Shown: positions 16,938-29,718 of the stretch, piece by piece
How the letters are laid out: every line of letters begins with the position of its first letter
Position numbering within the stretch: the first letter of the stretch is position 1
Assembly: GCA_905199855.1 (NCBI GenBank)
Contig: CAJKHY010000001.1
Span: 21,748-85,747 of the forward strand
Origin: an uncultured Clostridium sp.
Lineage (GTDB): Bacteria > Bacillota_I > Bacilli_A > RF39 > UBA660
Direction: 5' to 3'
DNA length: 64,000 bases
Position numbers and translations under genes: made by a program
The notes under the pieces: model-generated
What the model was told of the DNA's origin: nothing
Databases searched by the model: none
What the model saw: only the letters and a program-made list of their open reading frames with translations

Positions 16938-17015
16938 ATCGCACCTCATAACTAATTATACAAAATTATATTCATAATTTCAAGTATTAAATAATATTAT
17001 TTATTGGGTGAGAAT

Positions 17016-17627
17016 ATGAAGCAAAAATTAATTAATTTAAAAAACAGCATTATACCTAGAAATGTTACTACTTATTTAATATTAGGATTAATCATTCTTG
17101 GTGTCATTGCAGGCTCTATTTTTTTTATTTCAATTAGTAAAACGGATAAATTAGAAGCCACCAATGAGATAATGAATTTCTATCAAAATATCAAAAATAT
17201 CAACTATGGACAAACACTAAAAAATAGTTTTAACACAAGTATTTTTTATCTATGTGGAATATCAATCCTATCCTTAACAATCATAGGCCTTCCGTTCCTT
17301 ATTTTTCTTATCTTCTTTAAAGGCTTTATTCTAGGCTTTTGCATTTCAACCATCATCAATACTTATCATTATAAAGGTATTCTATATAGTTTTCTATATC
17401 TCTTTCCTCATGAGTTAATTAAGCTTTTTAGTATTATTTTAACAAGCATATATGGTATCATACTAAGTATTAAATTACTTAAACTAATATTTACCAAAAA
17501 AAACATTAATTACAAATTATCTTTAAAAAGATATAGCATCATAATGATAATTTCTATGTTTTTAAATGGTCTAGCTATCTTATATGAAACCTATATATAT
17601 CCAATTGTCCTCAAAATCATAATTTAA
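17016..17627 (+). CDS. spoIIM: Stage II sporulation protein M-like (DUF95 family)
   Basis: About 200 aa with 5 predicted TM helices. LFPHELIKLFSII resembles the SpoIIM FPHGxxExxA motif. Start at ATG 17016 after GGGTGAG. Confidence 0.6.
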   Translation: MKQKLINLKNSIIPRNVTTYLILGLIILGVIAGSIFFISISKTDKLEATNEIMNFYQNIKNINYGQTLKNSFNTSIFYLCGISILSLTIIGLPFLIFLIFFKGFILGFCISTIINTYHYKGILYSFLYLFPHELIKLFSIILTSIYGIILSIKLLKLIFTKKNINYKLSLKRYSIIMIISMFLNGLAILYETYIYPIVLKIII

Positions 17628-18267
17628 TTTAATTTATACAAATATATACTAAGAAAAAAATAAGAAGAAGAAAATTTTTATAATAGTAGCAGGAGTTATA
17701 TTATTATTAGTTATCCTATTTCTATTATGTTTTTTTTAACTAAAAATAATATTGTACTAGTTAAATAAAATAAAACAGTAAATAAACAAGGAGTGGGACT
17801 TGCTTTACCATAAAATTCAACTAAGGAAGAATATAAGTTTGTAACCTAGGAAACAGAAGTTTTAATTGATGATAAATTATTAAATTGTGATAAGAAAGAA
17901 AAACATAGTATTAAAGTACAAAAAGATTTGTTGATTATCATTTAAAATATATAGTTAGGTTAAAAAATGAAAAGTATATTAATAATTATTTAGACGTGAT
18001 TTTGATGATTATATTATATAGTTAAGCCTATAAATAAAAAAATATTGATGACATATTAAAAATATTTAAAATAGTATAAATAATACCCTTTTGTCAACAG
18101 CCTTAAACGTTCATTTATGGATGTTTTTAATACATTTAAAATTCTCTTATGAAACTGGAATTTATTTTTTTATTTCATAAATTTAAAATATTATAAAATA
18201 GCATAATTTAATTATTTATTTCTTTATCATTATGTGGTATACTTTTTATAGGCGGGATGGTAATGGT

Positions 18268-18939
18268 ATGAGCAAAGAAATATTATATTCATTATATGAA
18301 TACTTGGGAATATCACAATTAGTATTAATTTATCTAAGCAACAATACAGAAGAAAAAACAGGCAACATCATAAAAAATGTTATTGCCACTAGATTATCAA
18401 AATATCATGTATTTCAAGAAACCAACCTATTATTTGAAGAAATAGAAAACATCAGTGCAAGAATAGAAGAACAAAAATTTATTTTTAAACCTAATACAAC
18501 CACTACAGACCTATTCTCATTCTTTTTTAATTACATTACTTCAAACAACACCAATCATGCCTTATTAGATGAATTAATCATAGCCAGATTCTTCCCTGTA
18601 TTTATCACAAAAGAAATAAACAACATCGATAAAAGAATAACATCAAACAAAGACAAAAACAGTAAAAAGACCTTATTCGCAGCCAAAGCCATTTTAAATA
18701 ACTATGCTAATTTTGAATATGAAGACATATATCATTTTATATATGAAAAAAATCCTAATTATCATAGAAAAATGAAATACATAGATAATTTTGTTAGAAG
18801 AGAAACACAATTAATGTTTTCCCAAATAGAAAAATTATTTTATTTACTCGATATCGATTATATCAATTATGAAAATGAAAGTATATATAAACATTTAAAT
18901 ATCAAAGAGGGTAAGGTTTTAAAATTTAGAAAAAAATAG
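18268..18939 (+). CDS. Hypothetical protein
   Basis: Long ORF immediately upstream of psd. Start uncertain: ATG 18268 (MSKEILY) or ATG 18232. No family recognised. Confidence 0.5.
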   Translation: MSKEILYSLYEYLGISQLVLIYLSNNTEEKTGNIIKNVIATRLSKYHVFQETNLLFEEIENISARIEEQKFIFKPNTTTTDLFSFFFNYITSNNTNHALLDELIIARFFPVFITKEINNIDKRITSNKDKNSKKTLFAAKAILNNYANFEYEDIYHFIYEKNPNYHRKMKYIDNFVRRETQLMFSQIEKLFYLLDIDYINYENESIYKHLNIKEGKVLKFRKK

Positions 18940-18952
18940 TAGTAGGTGTAGT

Positions 18953-19816
18953 ATGGAAATATTAGTATATGACAGAGCTAATAACAAAGTAATCAAAGAA
19001 GAAATAAGAAAAAGCTTAAATTTTTTATATAATACTAGTTTAGGAAGAATTATTCTAAAAATAATAACAAATCCCACTATTAGTAAATTCAATGGATTAC
19101 TAATTAGAAGCAGATTATCTAAATTCAAAATAAAAAAATTTATTATTAAAAATAACATTAACATGAAAGACTATGAAAACGTAAAATATAAATCATTCGA
19201 TGAATTTTTCACTAGAAAAATAAAAAAAGACAAAAGAAAAATATGCTTAGATGAAAACGCCTTAATATCACCATGCGATTCCAAATTAATGGTCTACGAT
19301 ATCAATAAACTAACTTGCATCAACGTAAAAAATAGCCTTTACACCATTAATGAATTAGTACGTGATAAAAATATTGCTCACCAATATTACAATGGTAAAT
19401 GCCTAGTATTTAGACTAAACGTAGAAGATTACCACCACTACGGAGACATTGATGATGGTAAAGTTGTAAGCACTAAAGAAATAAAAGGCGTCTTACACAC
19501 AATTAATCCTATTGCCTTCAAAAGATATAAAGTTTTTAGTGAAAATCATAGAGTAGTAAACATCGTTGAAACCAAGAACTTTGGCGACGTCATATATATC
19601 GAAGTTGGAGCTTTAAATATTGGCAAGATAAACAACAATCCTAATAAAATATGCCATAGAGGAAAAGAAAGAGGATATTTTTCTTTTGGAGCCTCCACTA
19701 TTGTTTTAATATTTAAAGAAAACACCATCAGAATAGACAATGACATCTTAGAAAAATCAAAAGAAGGGATAGAAACTAAAATATTATATGGAGAAAAAAT
19801 AGGAACAAAGTATTAA
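18953..19816 (+). CDS. psd: Phosphatidylserine decarboxylase proenzyme
   Basis: 287 aa. FDEFFTRKIK, the CDSKL region and C-terminal GYFSFGASTIVLIF resemble the PSD self-cleavage region. Confidence 0.7.
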   Translation: MEILVYDRANNKVIKEEIRKSLNFLYNTSLGRIILKIITNPTISKFNGLLIRSRLSKFKIKKFIIKNNINMKDYENVKYKSFDEFFTRKIKKDKRKICLDENALISPCDSKLMVYDINKLTCINVKNSLYTINELVRDKNIAHQYYNGKCLVFRLNVEDYHHYGDIDDGKVVSTKEIKGVLHTINPIAFKRYKVFSENHRVVNIVETKNFGDVIYIEVGALNIGKINNNPNKICHRGKERGYFSFGASTIVLIFKENTIRIDNDILEKSKEGIETKILYGEKIGTKY

Positions 19817-19850
19817 ATATTAAGGGGTTATTGGAAAGGAAGAAAAAATA

Positions 19851-21842
19851 ATGGAAAATACTGAGTTAGAATTATTGAATGAGTTAGCAAACCGTTTCCC
19901 CACTAAAGACGATGCAGTTACAGAAATAATTAATCTAAATGCTATTTTAGCCTTACCTAGAGGACCTGAGCATTTTATGAGTGATTTACATGGACAAGCA
20001 GATGCCTTTGTTCATATTCTAAACAATTCCGCAGGAGGTATAAAATTTAGAATTGGTCAAATATTTAAAAACACATTAAGCATCAAAGAACAAGATGAAC
20101 TTGCCACTTTAATATATTATCCTAAACAAAAAATGAGCCTTGTTCTAGAAAATGTCAATGATAAGAAAAAATGGTATTACGACAACTTACTTAGAATAAT
20201 TGAAATAACCAAAAAGTTTTCATCAAGATACACCAGAAGCAAAGTAAGAAAAGTATATGAAAATAATAACCTCAGTTACATTGTTGACGAACTACTCAAT
20301 AACAAATTAGAAGCCGAAAACAAAGACAAATATTATGAAGCCATCATTAACACCATAATCGAACTAGGTTACAGTGAAAAACTAATTATTTTACTATCAT
20401 CAATTATCAAAACTTTAGCAGTTGACAGCCTCCATATTGTTGGAGATGTTTACGATCGTGGCCCAGAACCCCATAAAATAATGGATAGCTTAGAAAAATA
20501 CCATTCCGTAGACATTGAATGGGGAAATCATGATATTTTATGGATGGGAGCATCAATAGGAAGCAAAATATGTATCTCAGGCGTTATTACCAACAGTGTC
20601 CGCCACAACAACCTAGACATACTAGAAGATATCTATGGCATCAACCTAAGACCACTTGCAAACTATGCCGAAAAAACATATGACGATGCCCTTATATGGC
20701 GACCAAGACATACAAAAGAAGAAGATTACTATAACAACTACCTAGTTAAACAGTCAGCTAAAATACATAAAGCAATATCCATTATCATGTATAAATTAGA
20801 AGGCGATTTTGCCTTAAAACATCCAGAATACAACATGTTACATAGAAGACTACTTGATAAAATAGATTACCAAAACAAAGAAATATTAATTGACAATACC
20901 AAATACTTCCTAGAAGACACTATTTTCCCAACAATAGACAAAAACAACCCATATAAACTAACCAAAGAAGAAGAAACTATCATCAATGACCTAGTAAAAT
21001 CATTCCTCAACAGTGAAGCCTTACAAAGACACATGAAAATATTCATTGACAAAGGAAGCATGTACAAAATAGAAAACAACAACTTATTATATCATGCCTT
21101 AGTACCACTAAATGAAGATGGGACCTTAAAACAAGTAAACATAAACGGAAACGCATTATCAGGCAAAAGATTATTTGATTACATTAACTTACTTGTCAAA
21201 AAATTATATTACAACAAAGGATTTAACAAAGAAGAAGACCTAGACCTAATGTGGTATCTTTGGAGTGGACCAGATTCGCCATTCTTTGGAAAAGATAAAA
21301 TGACTACAATGGAAAGAGTTTTAATAAAAGATAAAACAGCCCATAAAGAAAAAAGAAACTATTATTACAAATATCAAGACAATAAAACAGTTATGGAAAA
21401 TATTATGAAAGATTTTGGCATTACCAACATAGAAAATGCCCACATCATAAATGGACATATTCCAGTTGAAAAAATTAACGGAGAAACTCCAATCAAAGCA
21501 GAAGGAAAAGTAATAGTAATTGATGGAGGTTTTTCTAAAGCATACCAAAAAACCACAGGCATTGCCGGTTATACCTTAGTATCAGGTTCTACTGGGATGA
21601 GAATAATAGCCCACGAACCATTTACCACCATAGAAAATGCCATTCTCAATAATGAAGACATTCATTCCTCAGTAGATTTACAAGAATCTAGCAAAGTTAG
21701 AATAACCATAAAAGACACTGATAAAGGTAATGAATTACAAAAACAAATTAAATTACTAGAAAAATTAATTTACTACTATGACAATGGAATTATCAATGAA
21801 AACAAAGAATACAAATACGTGAAAGTATATAGTAGAAAATAA
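19851..21842 (+). CDS. fbp: Fructose-1,6-bisphosphatase class 3
   Basis: 663 aa. VTEIINLNAILALPRGPEHFMSDLHGQADAF and GDVYDRGP...WGNHD match Firmicute class-3 FBPase. Confidence 0.9.
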   Translation: MENTELELLNELANRFPTKDDAVTEIINLNAILALPRGPEHFMSDLHGQADAFVHILNNSAGGIKFRIGQIFKNTLSIKEQDELATLIYYPKQKMSLVLENVNDKKKWYYDNLLRIIEITKKFSSRYTRSKVRKVYENNNLSYIVDELLNNKLEAENKDKYYEAIINTIIELGYSEKLIILLSSIIKTLAVDSLHIVGDVYDRGPEPHKIMDSLEKYHSVDIEWGNHDILWMGASIGSKICISGVITNSVRHNNLDILEDIYGINLRPLANYAEKTYDDALIWRPRHTKEEDYYNNYLVKQSAKIHKAISIIMYKLEGDFALKHPEYNMLHRRLLDKIDYQNKEILIDNTKYFLEDTIFPTIDKNNPYKLTKEEETIINDLVKSFLNSEALQRHMKIFIDKGSMYKIENNNLLYHALVPLNEDGTLKQVNINGNALSGKRLFDYINLLVKKLYYNKGFNKEEDLDLMWYLWSGPDSPFFGKDKMTTMERVLIKDKTAHKEKRNYYYKYQDNKTVMENIMKDFGITNIENAHIINGHIPVEKINGETPIKAEGKVIVIDGGFSKAYQKTTGIAGYTLVSGSTGMRIIAHEPFTTIENAILNNEDIHSSVDLQESSKVRITIKDTDKGNELQKQIKLLEKLIYYYDNGIINENKEYKYVKVYSRK

Positions 21843-21868
21843 AATTCAAACAAGAATAACTAAATAAA

Positions 21869-21900
21869 AGCTTAGAAAATTTAATCTAAGTTTTTATTTT
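21869..21900 (+). terminator. fbp terminator
   Basis: AGCTTAGA-aaatttaa-TCTAAGT followed by TTTT. Confidence 0.6.
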
Positions 21901-21905
21901 ACACT

Positions 21906-21998
21906 TTTGCTATGCTGTTCTAAGAATAAAAAAACTCCCTATTACTAATTTTATTTATGTAACCCAAGTAAATTTACGTCCTATAACAGTGTAGCAAA
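21906..21998. repeat. Inverted pair of REP-like units
   Basis: TTTGCTATGCTGTTCTAAG (21906-) and CCTATAACAGTGTAGCAAA (21980-21998) are imperfect reverse complements separated by about 55 nt. Confidence 0.65.
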
Positions 21999-22039
21999 TA
22001 GAAAAAAATAAAAAAAAACAAAAAATTAGCAATTAACTA

Positions 22040-22068
22040 TTGACATTGCTAATATATAGTAATACAAT
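22040..22068 (+). promoter_or_regulatory. SigA-type promoter of the hrcA operon
   Basis: TTGACA (22040-22045), 17-nt spacer, TACAAT (22063-22068). Confidence 0.65.
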
Positions 22069-22072
22069 GATT

Positions 22073-22099
22073 ATAGCACTCATATATTATAAGTGCTAA
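22073..22099. promoter_or_regulatory. CIRCE operator (HrcA binding site)
   Basis: ATAGCACTC-N9-AAGTGCTAA against consensus TTAGCACTC-N9-GAGTGCTAA, located between the promoter and the hrcA start. Confidence 0.8.
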
Positions 22100-22112
22100 G
22101 GGAAGTGATAAA

Positions 22113-23108
22113 TTGCTTAATGATAGAAGACGAAATATCTTAAAAATCATTGTAGAAGATTACATTAAAACAGCAAGACCAGTTGGAAGTGGGTATGTAG
22201 CCAAGAAACTTAATTGTTCGAGTGCAACAGTACGTAATGAGATGATGTACTTAGAAGAAGTTGGTTTATTAGAAAAAACTCACATTTCATCAGGCCGTGT
22301 ACCAAGCGAAAAAGGATATAGGTACTATGTTGATGAGTTAATGACGCCGAAAGATATGACTGGAGAAGATATGCTAAAGTTGCAAACCATATTTAAAAAT
22401 AATACTTTAGTCTTAAGCGATGTCATCAAAAAAAGTATCGAAATAGTAACAGAAATTACCAATTATACCTCAGTAGTACTTGGTAATACCTCAAGTATTA
22501 ACAGACTAAAAAAAGTTGAAGTAATACCACTTGGAGATAACAAAATAATCACAATGATAATAACTGATAAAGGGCATGTAGAACACAAAATGATGATTAT
22601 ACCTTCTAACATTTCATCCTTAGAAGTTAAGCAAACAGTAGATTTAATTAATAAACTACTAATTGGCACTCCAATAGATGAAATAAGTTCAAAACTAGAA
22701 TTTGAAGTAAAACCAATAATTCCTCGTTTTGTTAAAGAACATGAAGTATTATATGATGCATTTTACAATGCCTTTAATGAATTTTCAACAAGAAGTAGTG
22801 ATGTTCAATTTATAGGAAAAAACAATTTTTTAAAGCAACCAGAATTTAATAACATTGAAAAAGTCAAAGAAATCTTAAATAATTTTGAAGATATTGATAA
22901 AGTTAGTAAGATGGAAGAAGAAGATAATGGAATTAATATTTATATTGGTAACGAAAGTGAATTATCTCCAGATGTTGCAGTAATAAAAACAAAATATAAT
23001 TACAATGGAGAAGAAGGCACCATTGCCATAATAGGCCCAAAAAGAATGGAATATGATAAAGTCGTAGGTATTCTAAACTACATTAGAGATAATATAGATA
23101 TTAGTTAG
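22113..23108 (+). CDS. hrcA: Heat-inducible transcription repressor HrcA
   Basis: TTG start. N-terminal RRRNILKIIVEDYIKTARPVGS winged-helix signature. First gene of hrcA-grpE-dnaK. Confidence 0.9.
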   Translation: MLNDRRRNILKIIVEDYIKTARPVGSGYVAKKLNCSSATVRNEMMYLEEVGLLEKTHISSGRVPSEKGYRYYVDELMTPKDMTGEDMLKLQTIFKNNTLVLSDVIKKSIEIVTEITNYTSVVLGNTSSINRLKKVEVIPLGDNKIITMIITDKGHVEHKMMIIPSNISSLEVKQTVDLINKLLIGTPIDEISSKLEFEVKPIIPRFVKEHEVLYDAFYNAFNEFSTRSSDVQFIGKNNFLKQPEFNNIEKVKEILNNFEDIDKVSKMEEEDNGINIYIGNESELSPDVAVIKTKYNYNGEEGTIAIIGPKRMEYDKVVGILNYIRDNIDIS

Positions 23109-23119
23109 GAGTTGAATTT

Positions 23120-25506
<2,387 letters not shown>

Positions 25507-25585
25507 TAATACAAATATGTATATAGGAAGTTCTAACGCTAGGACTTCCTATAACTAGTATTATATTGAAAGGATATTATAAAAT

Positions 25586-27385
25586 ATGGGTATTTTGAAA
25601 AGAAGTGAAATAGATAGTAAGTACAAATGGGATTTAACCAAAATAGTCAAAGACAAAAAAGATTTTGATAAAAAGTATAAAGAAATAGCAAAATTAATCA
25701 ATAAAGTCAGTAATTATAAAGACAAAATCACCAAAGACGAAAACACCTTATACAATTTCTTAAAAGATTACGAAGAATTGAATAATAAGTTTGCTAAATT
25801 ATATGTATATGCCCACATGAACTGTGATACAGATACCTTAGATAGTGATAAACAAAGTTTAAAACTTAGAACAGAAAAACTAGGAGAAATCATGAGTGAC
25901 AAATTATCATTCATAACACCAAATCTATTAAAATGTGATTATAATGACATCTTAAAACTAATAGAAAAAAACAAAAAATTAGAACCCTATCGTTTCGATT
26001 TAGAAAAAACCTTTGCTTATCAAAAATACACTCTAAGTGAAAAAGAAGAAAACGTTATTGCTAAATTAAATAATGCTCTAGGAGTTCCATATGATGTCCA
26101 ATATAATTTAATGAATGCCGATATTATGTTAGGCAATATCAAAGATGAAAATGGAAATGAAATACCACTTACTAGCAGTAATTACAACAAATACATGAAA
26201 AGTAAGAACCGTAACATTAGAGAAAATGCATTTAACATTATGTATGAATTCTATAAAAATCATAAAAATACATTTTCAGCAACCTATAAAGGAAAAATAA
26301 AAGAAGACATCGCATTAAGTGAAATAAGAGGATATAGTTCACCTCTTGAGGCTAGTTTGTATAAAGATAGAGTAGATATTAAAACTTACCAAAATCTAAT
26401 TGACAAAGTCCATGATAACTTAGATAAAATGTATGACTATTTAGAACTAAAAAGAAAATTTTTAAACCTAGAAGAAATGCATATGTATGATATCTATACT
26501 CCAATTACCACTTTAGATGAAGAGAATATAAGTTATGAAGAAGGCAAAAAACTAGTACTTGAAGCATTAAAACCATTAGGACCTGATTATTCTAGTCTCC
26601 TAAATAAAGCATTCAATGAAAGCTGGATTGATGTCTATCCTAATAAAGGCAAAAAAAGTGGAGCCTATAGCTGGGGTACCTATGGAACAAACCCTTATCT
26701 ATTACTTAACTATGATAACACAATTAATTCTGTTTCTACACTTGCTCATGAACTAGGCCACTCCTTACATAGTTATTATTCAACCCATAATCAAAGTTAC
26801 ACATACTATGATTATCCCATTATTTTAGCCGAAATTGCATCCACAGTAAATGAAATGATATTAAACAATTATCTATATGAACATGCTAAAACAAATGAAG
26901 AAAAAGTTACATATCTAAGTGAATTCTTAGAGGATGTAAGAACCACTATATATAGACAAACAATGTTTGCCGAATTTGAAATGATTATGCATGAAAAAGA
27001 ACAAAAAGGTATCCCCCTTACTTGCAACGAATTCACCAACACCTATTATGAACTAAATAAATTATACTATGGTGATAAAATAGTAAGTGATGACCTAATC
27101 AAATACGAATGGGAAAGGATACCGCATTTTTACAGTTCATTTTATGTATATAAATATGCAACAGGTTTATCTATTGCCATTAAAATAGCATATGATATAA
27201 TTAACAAAAAAGATAATATGTTAAAAAAATATATAAATTTCCTTAAAAGTGGATGTAGCAAATATCCATTAGAATTATTAAAAGATCTTGGTATTGATTT
27301 AGAAAGTGGAAAAGTTATTGATGAAGCCTTAGAATTATTTGCCAAGAAAAAAGAAGAATTAGAAAAAATATTAAGTAATAAGTAG
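25586..27385 (+). CDS. pepF: Oligoendopeptidase F (M3B)
   Basis: 599 aa with the HELGHSLH zinc motif and M3B-like length and architecture. Confidence 0.8.
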   Translation: MGILKRSEIDSKYKWDLTKIVKDKKDFDKKYKEIAKLINKVSNYKDKITKDENTLYNFLKDYEELNNKFAKLYVYAHMNCDTDTLDSDKQSLKLRTEKLGEIMSDKLSFITPNLLKCDYNDILKLIEKNKKLEPYRFDLEKTFAYQKYTLSEKEENVIAKLNNALGVPYDVQYNLMNADIMLGNIKDENGNEIPLTSSNYNKYMKSKNRNIRENAFNIMYEFYKNHKNTFSATYKGKIKEDIALSEIRGYSSPLEASLYKDRVDIKTYQNLIDKVHDNLDKMYDYLELKRKFLNLEEMHMYDIYTPITTLDEENISYEEGKKLVLEALKPLGPDYSSLLNKAFNESWIDVYPNKGKKSGAYSWGTYGTNPYLLLNYDNTINSVSTLAHELGHSLHSYYSTHNQSYTYYDYPIILAEIASTVNEMILNNYLYEHAKTNEEKVTYLSEFLEDVRTTIYRQTMFAEFEMIMHEKEQKGIPLTCNEFTNTYYELNKLYYGDKIVSDDLIKYEWERIPHFYSSFYVYKYATGLSIAIKIAYDIINKKDNMLKKYINFLKSGCSKYPLELLKDLGIDLESGKVIDEALELFAKKKEELEKILSNK

Positions 27386-27393
27386 GTTATATT

Positions 27394-28503
27394 ATGAATA
27401 AAAAAGATTATTATGAGATTTTAGGAGTTTCTAAAAATGCAACTGATGATGAAATAAAAAGTGCTTTCCGCAAATTAGCAAAAAAATATCACCCTGATGT
27501 TTGCAAAGAACCTGATGCCGAAGCAAAATTTAAAGAAGTACAAGAAGCATATGCCATTTTAAGCGATAAAGAAAAAAGAAGCAAATATGATCAGTTCGGA
27601 CACTCTGCATTCACAAATGCCAGTGGAGGTTTTTCAGGTTTTGAAGGTTTTGACTTTGGTGGCATGAATGATATATTTGATGATATATTGTCAGGTTTTG
27701 GCTTTTCCTCTAGTAGAAGAAGTAGTAGTACTTCAAGAACTAGAGATGGCAATGATATCTTATACCGCATGAGCATTGATTTCATGGAGGCTGTAAATGG
27801 TACCACCAGAGATATTCACTTAGATGTTACTGAAGAATGTAGTGAGTGTAATGGTAAAGGTGGCTTTGATTTTCATACATGTGATAAATGCCATGGATCA
27901 GGAACCATCGCTACTGAACAAAGAACATTGTTTGGAAGTTTCCTAACTAAAATAACTTGTCCAGAGTGTAAAGGAAAAGGTAAAACTTATGAAAGAAAAT
28001 GCAGTACTTGTAAAGGAACAGGAACAATAAAGAAGAACAAAACAATTACAGTAACCATTCCTGCTGGCGTAGACGATGGTAACAGATTAAGACTTGCAGG
28101 AAAAGGCGAAGCTGGTATTAATGGAGGAAGACAAGGAGACCTATATATTGAGTTTACCGTCAAAAAGCATGAATTTTATCAAAGAAAAGATGATGACATT
28201 TATGTAACAATACCATTAACAATAAAAGAAGCAGTATTAGGATGCAAAAAAGAAGTTCCTACAGTATATGGACTTGTTAATTTAACCATTCCTGATGGTT
28301 CACAAAATGGAGATAAGTTAAGATTAAAAGGCAAAGGTATACAAAATGTTTCTAATAAAAGATATGGCGATATGTATGTTATCTTAAACGTCATCATTCC
28401 AGAAAAAATATCAAGAGAACAAAAAAGAATATTTGAAAGTTTAGATAATAATGAGTTAGAAAAACATGATGCCTTTAAAAAATATAAAAGTTATCTCAAA
28501 TAA
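27394..28503 (+). CDS. dnaJ: Chaperone DnaJ
   Basis: J domain (DYYEILGV...KYHPD), Gly/Phe-rich region, four CxxCxGxG zinc motifs. Confidence 0.95.
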   Translation: MNKKDYYEILGVSKNATDDEIKSAFRKLAKKYHPDVCKEPDAEAKFKEVQEAYAILSDKEKRSKYDQFGHSAFTNASGGFSGFEGFDFGGMNDIFDDILSGFGFSSSRRSSSTSRTRDGNDILYRMSIDFMEAVNGTTRDIHLDVTEECSECNGKGGFDFHTCDKCHGSGTIATEQRTLFGSFLTKITCPECKGKGKTYERKCSTCKGTGTIKKNKTITVTIPAGVDDGNRLRLAGKGEAGINGGRQGDLYIEFTVKKHEFYQRKDDDIYVTIPLTIKEAVLGCKKEVPTVYGLVNLTIPDGSQNGDKLRLKGKGIQNVSNKRYGDMYVILNVIIPEKISREQKRIFESLDNNELEKHDAFKKYKSYLK

Positions 28504-28537
28504 GAAGAATACTTATAATTGTATTTTTCTTTTTTCA

Positions 28538-28560
28538 TTTACTACGCTGTTATAGTTCTA
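28538..28560 (+). repeat. REP-like intergenic repeat unit
   Basis: TTTACTACGCTGTTATAGTTCTA, directly after the dnaJ terminator T-run. Confidence 0.7.
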
Positions 28561-28652
28561 AAAAAAACAAAATAACTAAAATTGCAAAATAATAAAAAAT
28601 ATGTATAATAAATTTCTTTTTATAGCAATATTACTATGAAAGGAGATTTTTT

Positions 28653-29426
28653 ATGTCGCACCACAAAGTAGAAATTGCGAACGTGAATACTGCGAATATT
28701 AAAGTTTTAAGTAATGAAGAAATGATTAACTTATTTAAAAAAATGAAAGAAGGCGACCTATTTGCTAAAGAAGAACTCATAAACGGTAATTTAAAATTAG
28801 TACTTAGCATATTAAAATCTTTCTCCAGCAGAAACGAAAATATGGATGATTTATTTCAAGTTGGCGTTATTGGCCTAATAAAAGCTATCGATAATTTTGA
28901 TTTATCTTTTGGCTTAAAACTTAGTACCTATGCAGTCCCTATGATAAGTGGAGAAATAAAAAGATATCTAAGAGATAATAATGCACTTAGAATCTCCAGG
29001 AGTATAAAAGACATTGCATATAAAACATTAAAATTAAGAGAAGAAATGCAAGATAAAAATGGAATTTATCCAACTAATAAAGAAATTGCCAATATTCTTA
29101 ATGTAAGTGAATATGATATTGTTAATGCGCTTGATTCCTTATCTAGTCCAATTAGTATGTATGAACCTATTTATAACGATGGAGGAGACACCATCTATTT
29201 ATATGATCAAATATCTAATCAAAAAGATGAATATGAGTTAGAAACAAAAATTGCTTTAAGTAAAGCCTTAGAAAAATTAAAAAAAAGAGAAAGAAAAATA
29301 TTAAACGAAAGATTTATAATTGGTAAAACCCAAATGGAAATTGCTAATGAACTAGGTATTAGTCAAGCTCAAATATCAAGAATCGAAAAAAATGCTATTA
29401 CTAATATTAAAAAACTAATTAAATAA
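28653..29426 (+). CDS. sigG: Forespore-type sporulation sigma factor (SigG-like)
   Basis: MSHHKVEIANVNTANIKVLSNEEM.. and FDLSFGLKLSTYAVPMISGEIKRYLRDNNALRISRS closely resemble Bacillus SigG as I recall it. SigF is not fully excluded without a search. Confidence 0.75.
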   Translation: MSHHKVEIANVNTANIKVLSNEEMINLFKKMKEGDLFAKEELINGNLKLVLSILKSFSSRNENMDDLFQVGVIGLIKAIDNFDLSFGLKLSTYAVPMISGEIKRYLRDNNALRISRSIKDIAYKTLKLREEMQDKNGIYPTNKEIANILNVSEYDIVNALDSLSSPISMYEPIYNDGGDTIYLYDQISNQKDEYELETKIALSKALEKLKKRERKILNERFIIGKTQMEIANELGISQAQISRIEKNAITNIKKLIK

Positions 29427-29458
29427 AAATAATTACATATATTTAATTGGGTGGTACT

Positions 29459-29695
29459 ATGCGTCTATCTGATTTACAAAGCAAAGAGATTATCGATATT
29501 GTTGATGGCAAAAAAGTAGGTAAAATTATTGATATTGTTATCGATCCATCTACTGGGAAAATTAATAGTATGGTTATTGAAAGAGGCTTTAATAGAAAAA
29601 TCTTAAGCAGCAAAGAAGAATATGAGGTTAAATGGATGCAAATACTTAAAATTGGTGAAGATATTATTTTAGTTGATACTAAGAACAAAAACTAG
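29459..29695 (+). CDS. ylmC: YlmC/YmxH-family PRC-barrel sporulation protein
   Basis: MRLSDLQSKEIIDIVDGKKVGKIIDIVIDPSTGKI is typical of YlmC/YmxH. Start at ATG 29459 after GGGTGG. Confidence 0.7.
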   Translation: MRLSDLQSKEIIDIVDGKKVGKIIDIVIDPSTGKINSMVIERGFNRKILSSKEEYEVKWMQILKIGEDIILVDTKNKN

Positions 29696-29718
29696 TATCT
29701 TTTTTATGCCAAACATTT

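Noticed and set aside
28603-28633. Possible forespore-type (SigF/SigG) promoter upstream of the sigG-like gene (GTATA, 17-nt spacer, GCAATATTA)
   Set aside because: The match to the consensus as I remember it is loose, and such AT-rich strings are frequent here. This is not enough to call a feature.
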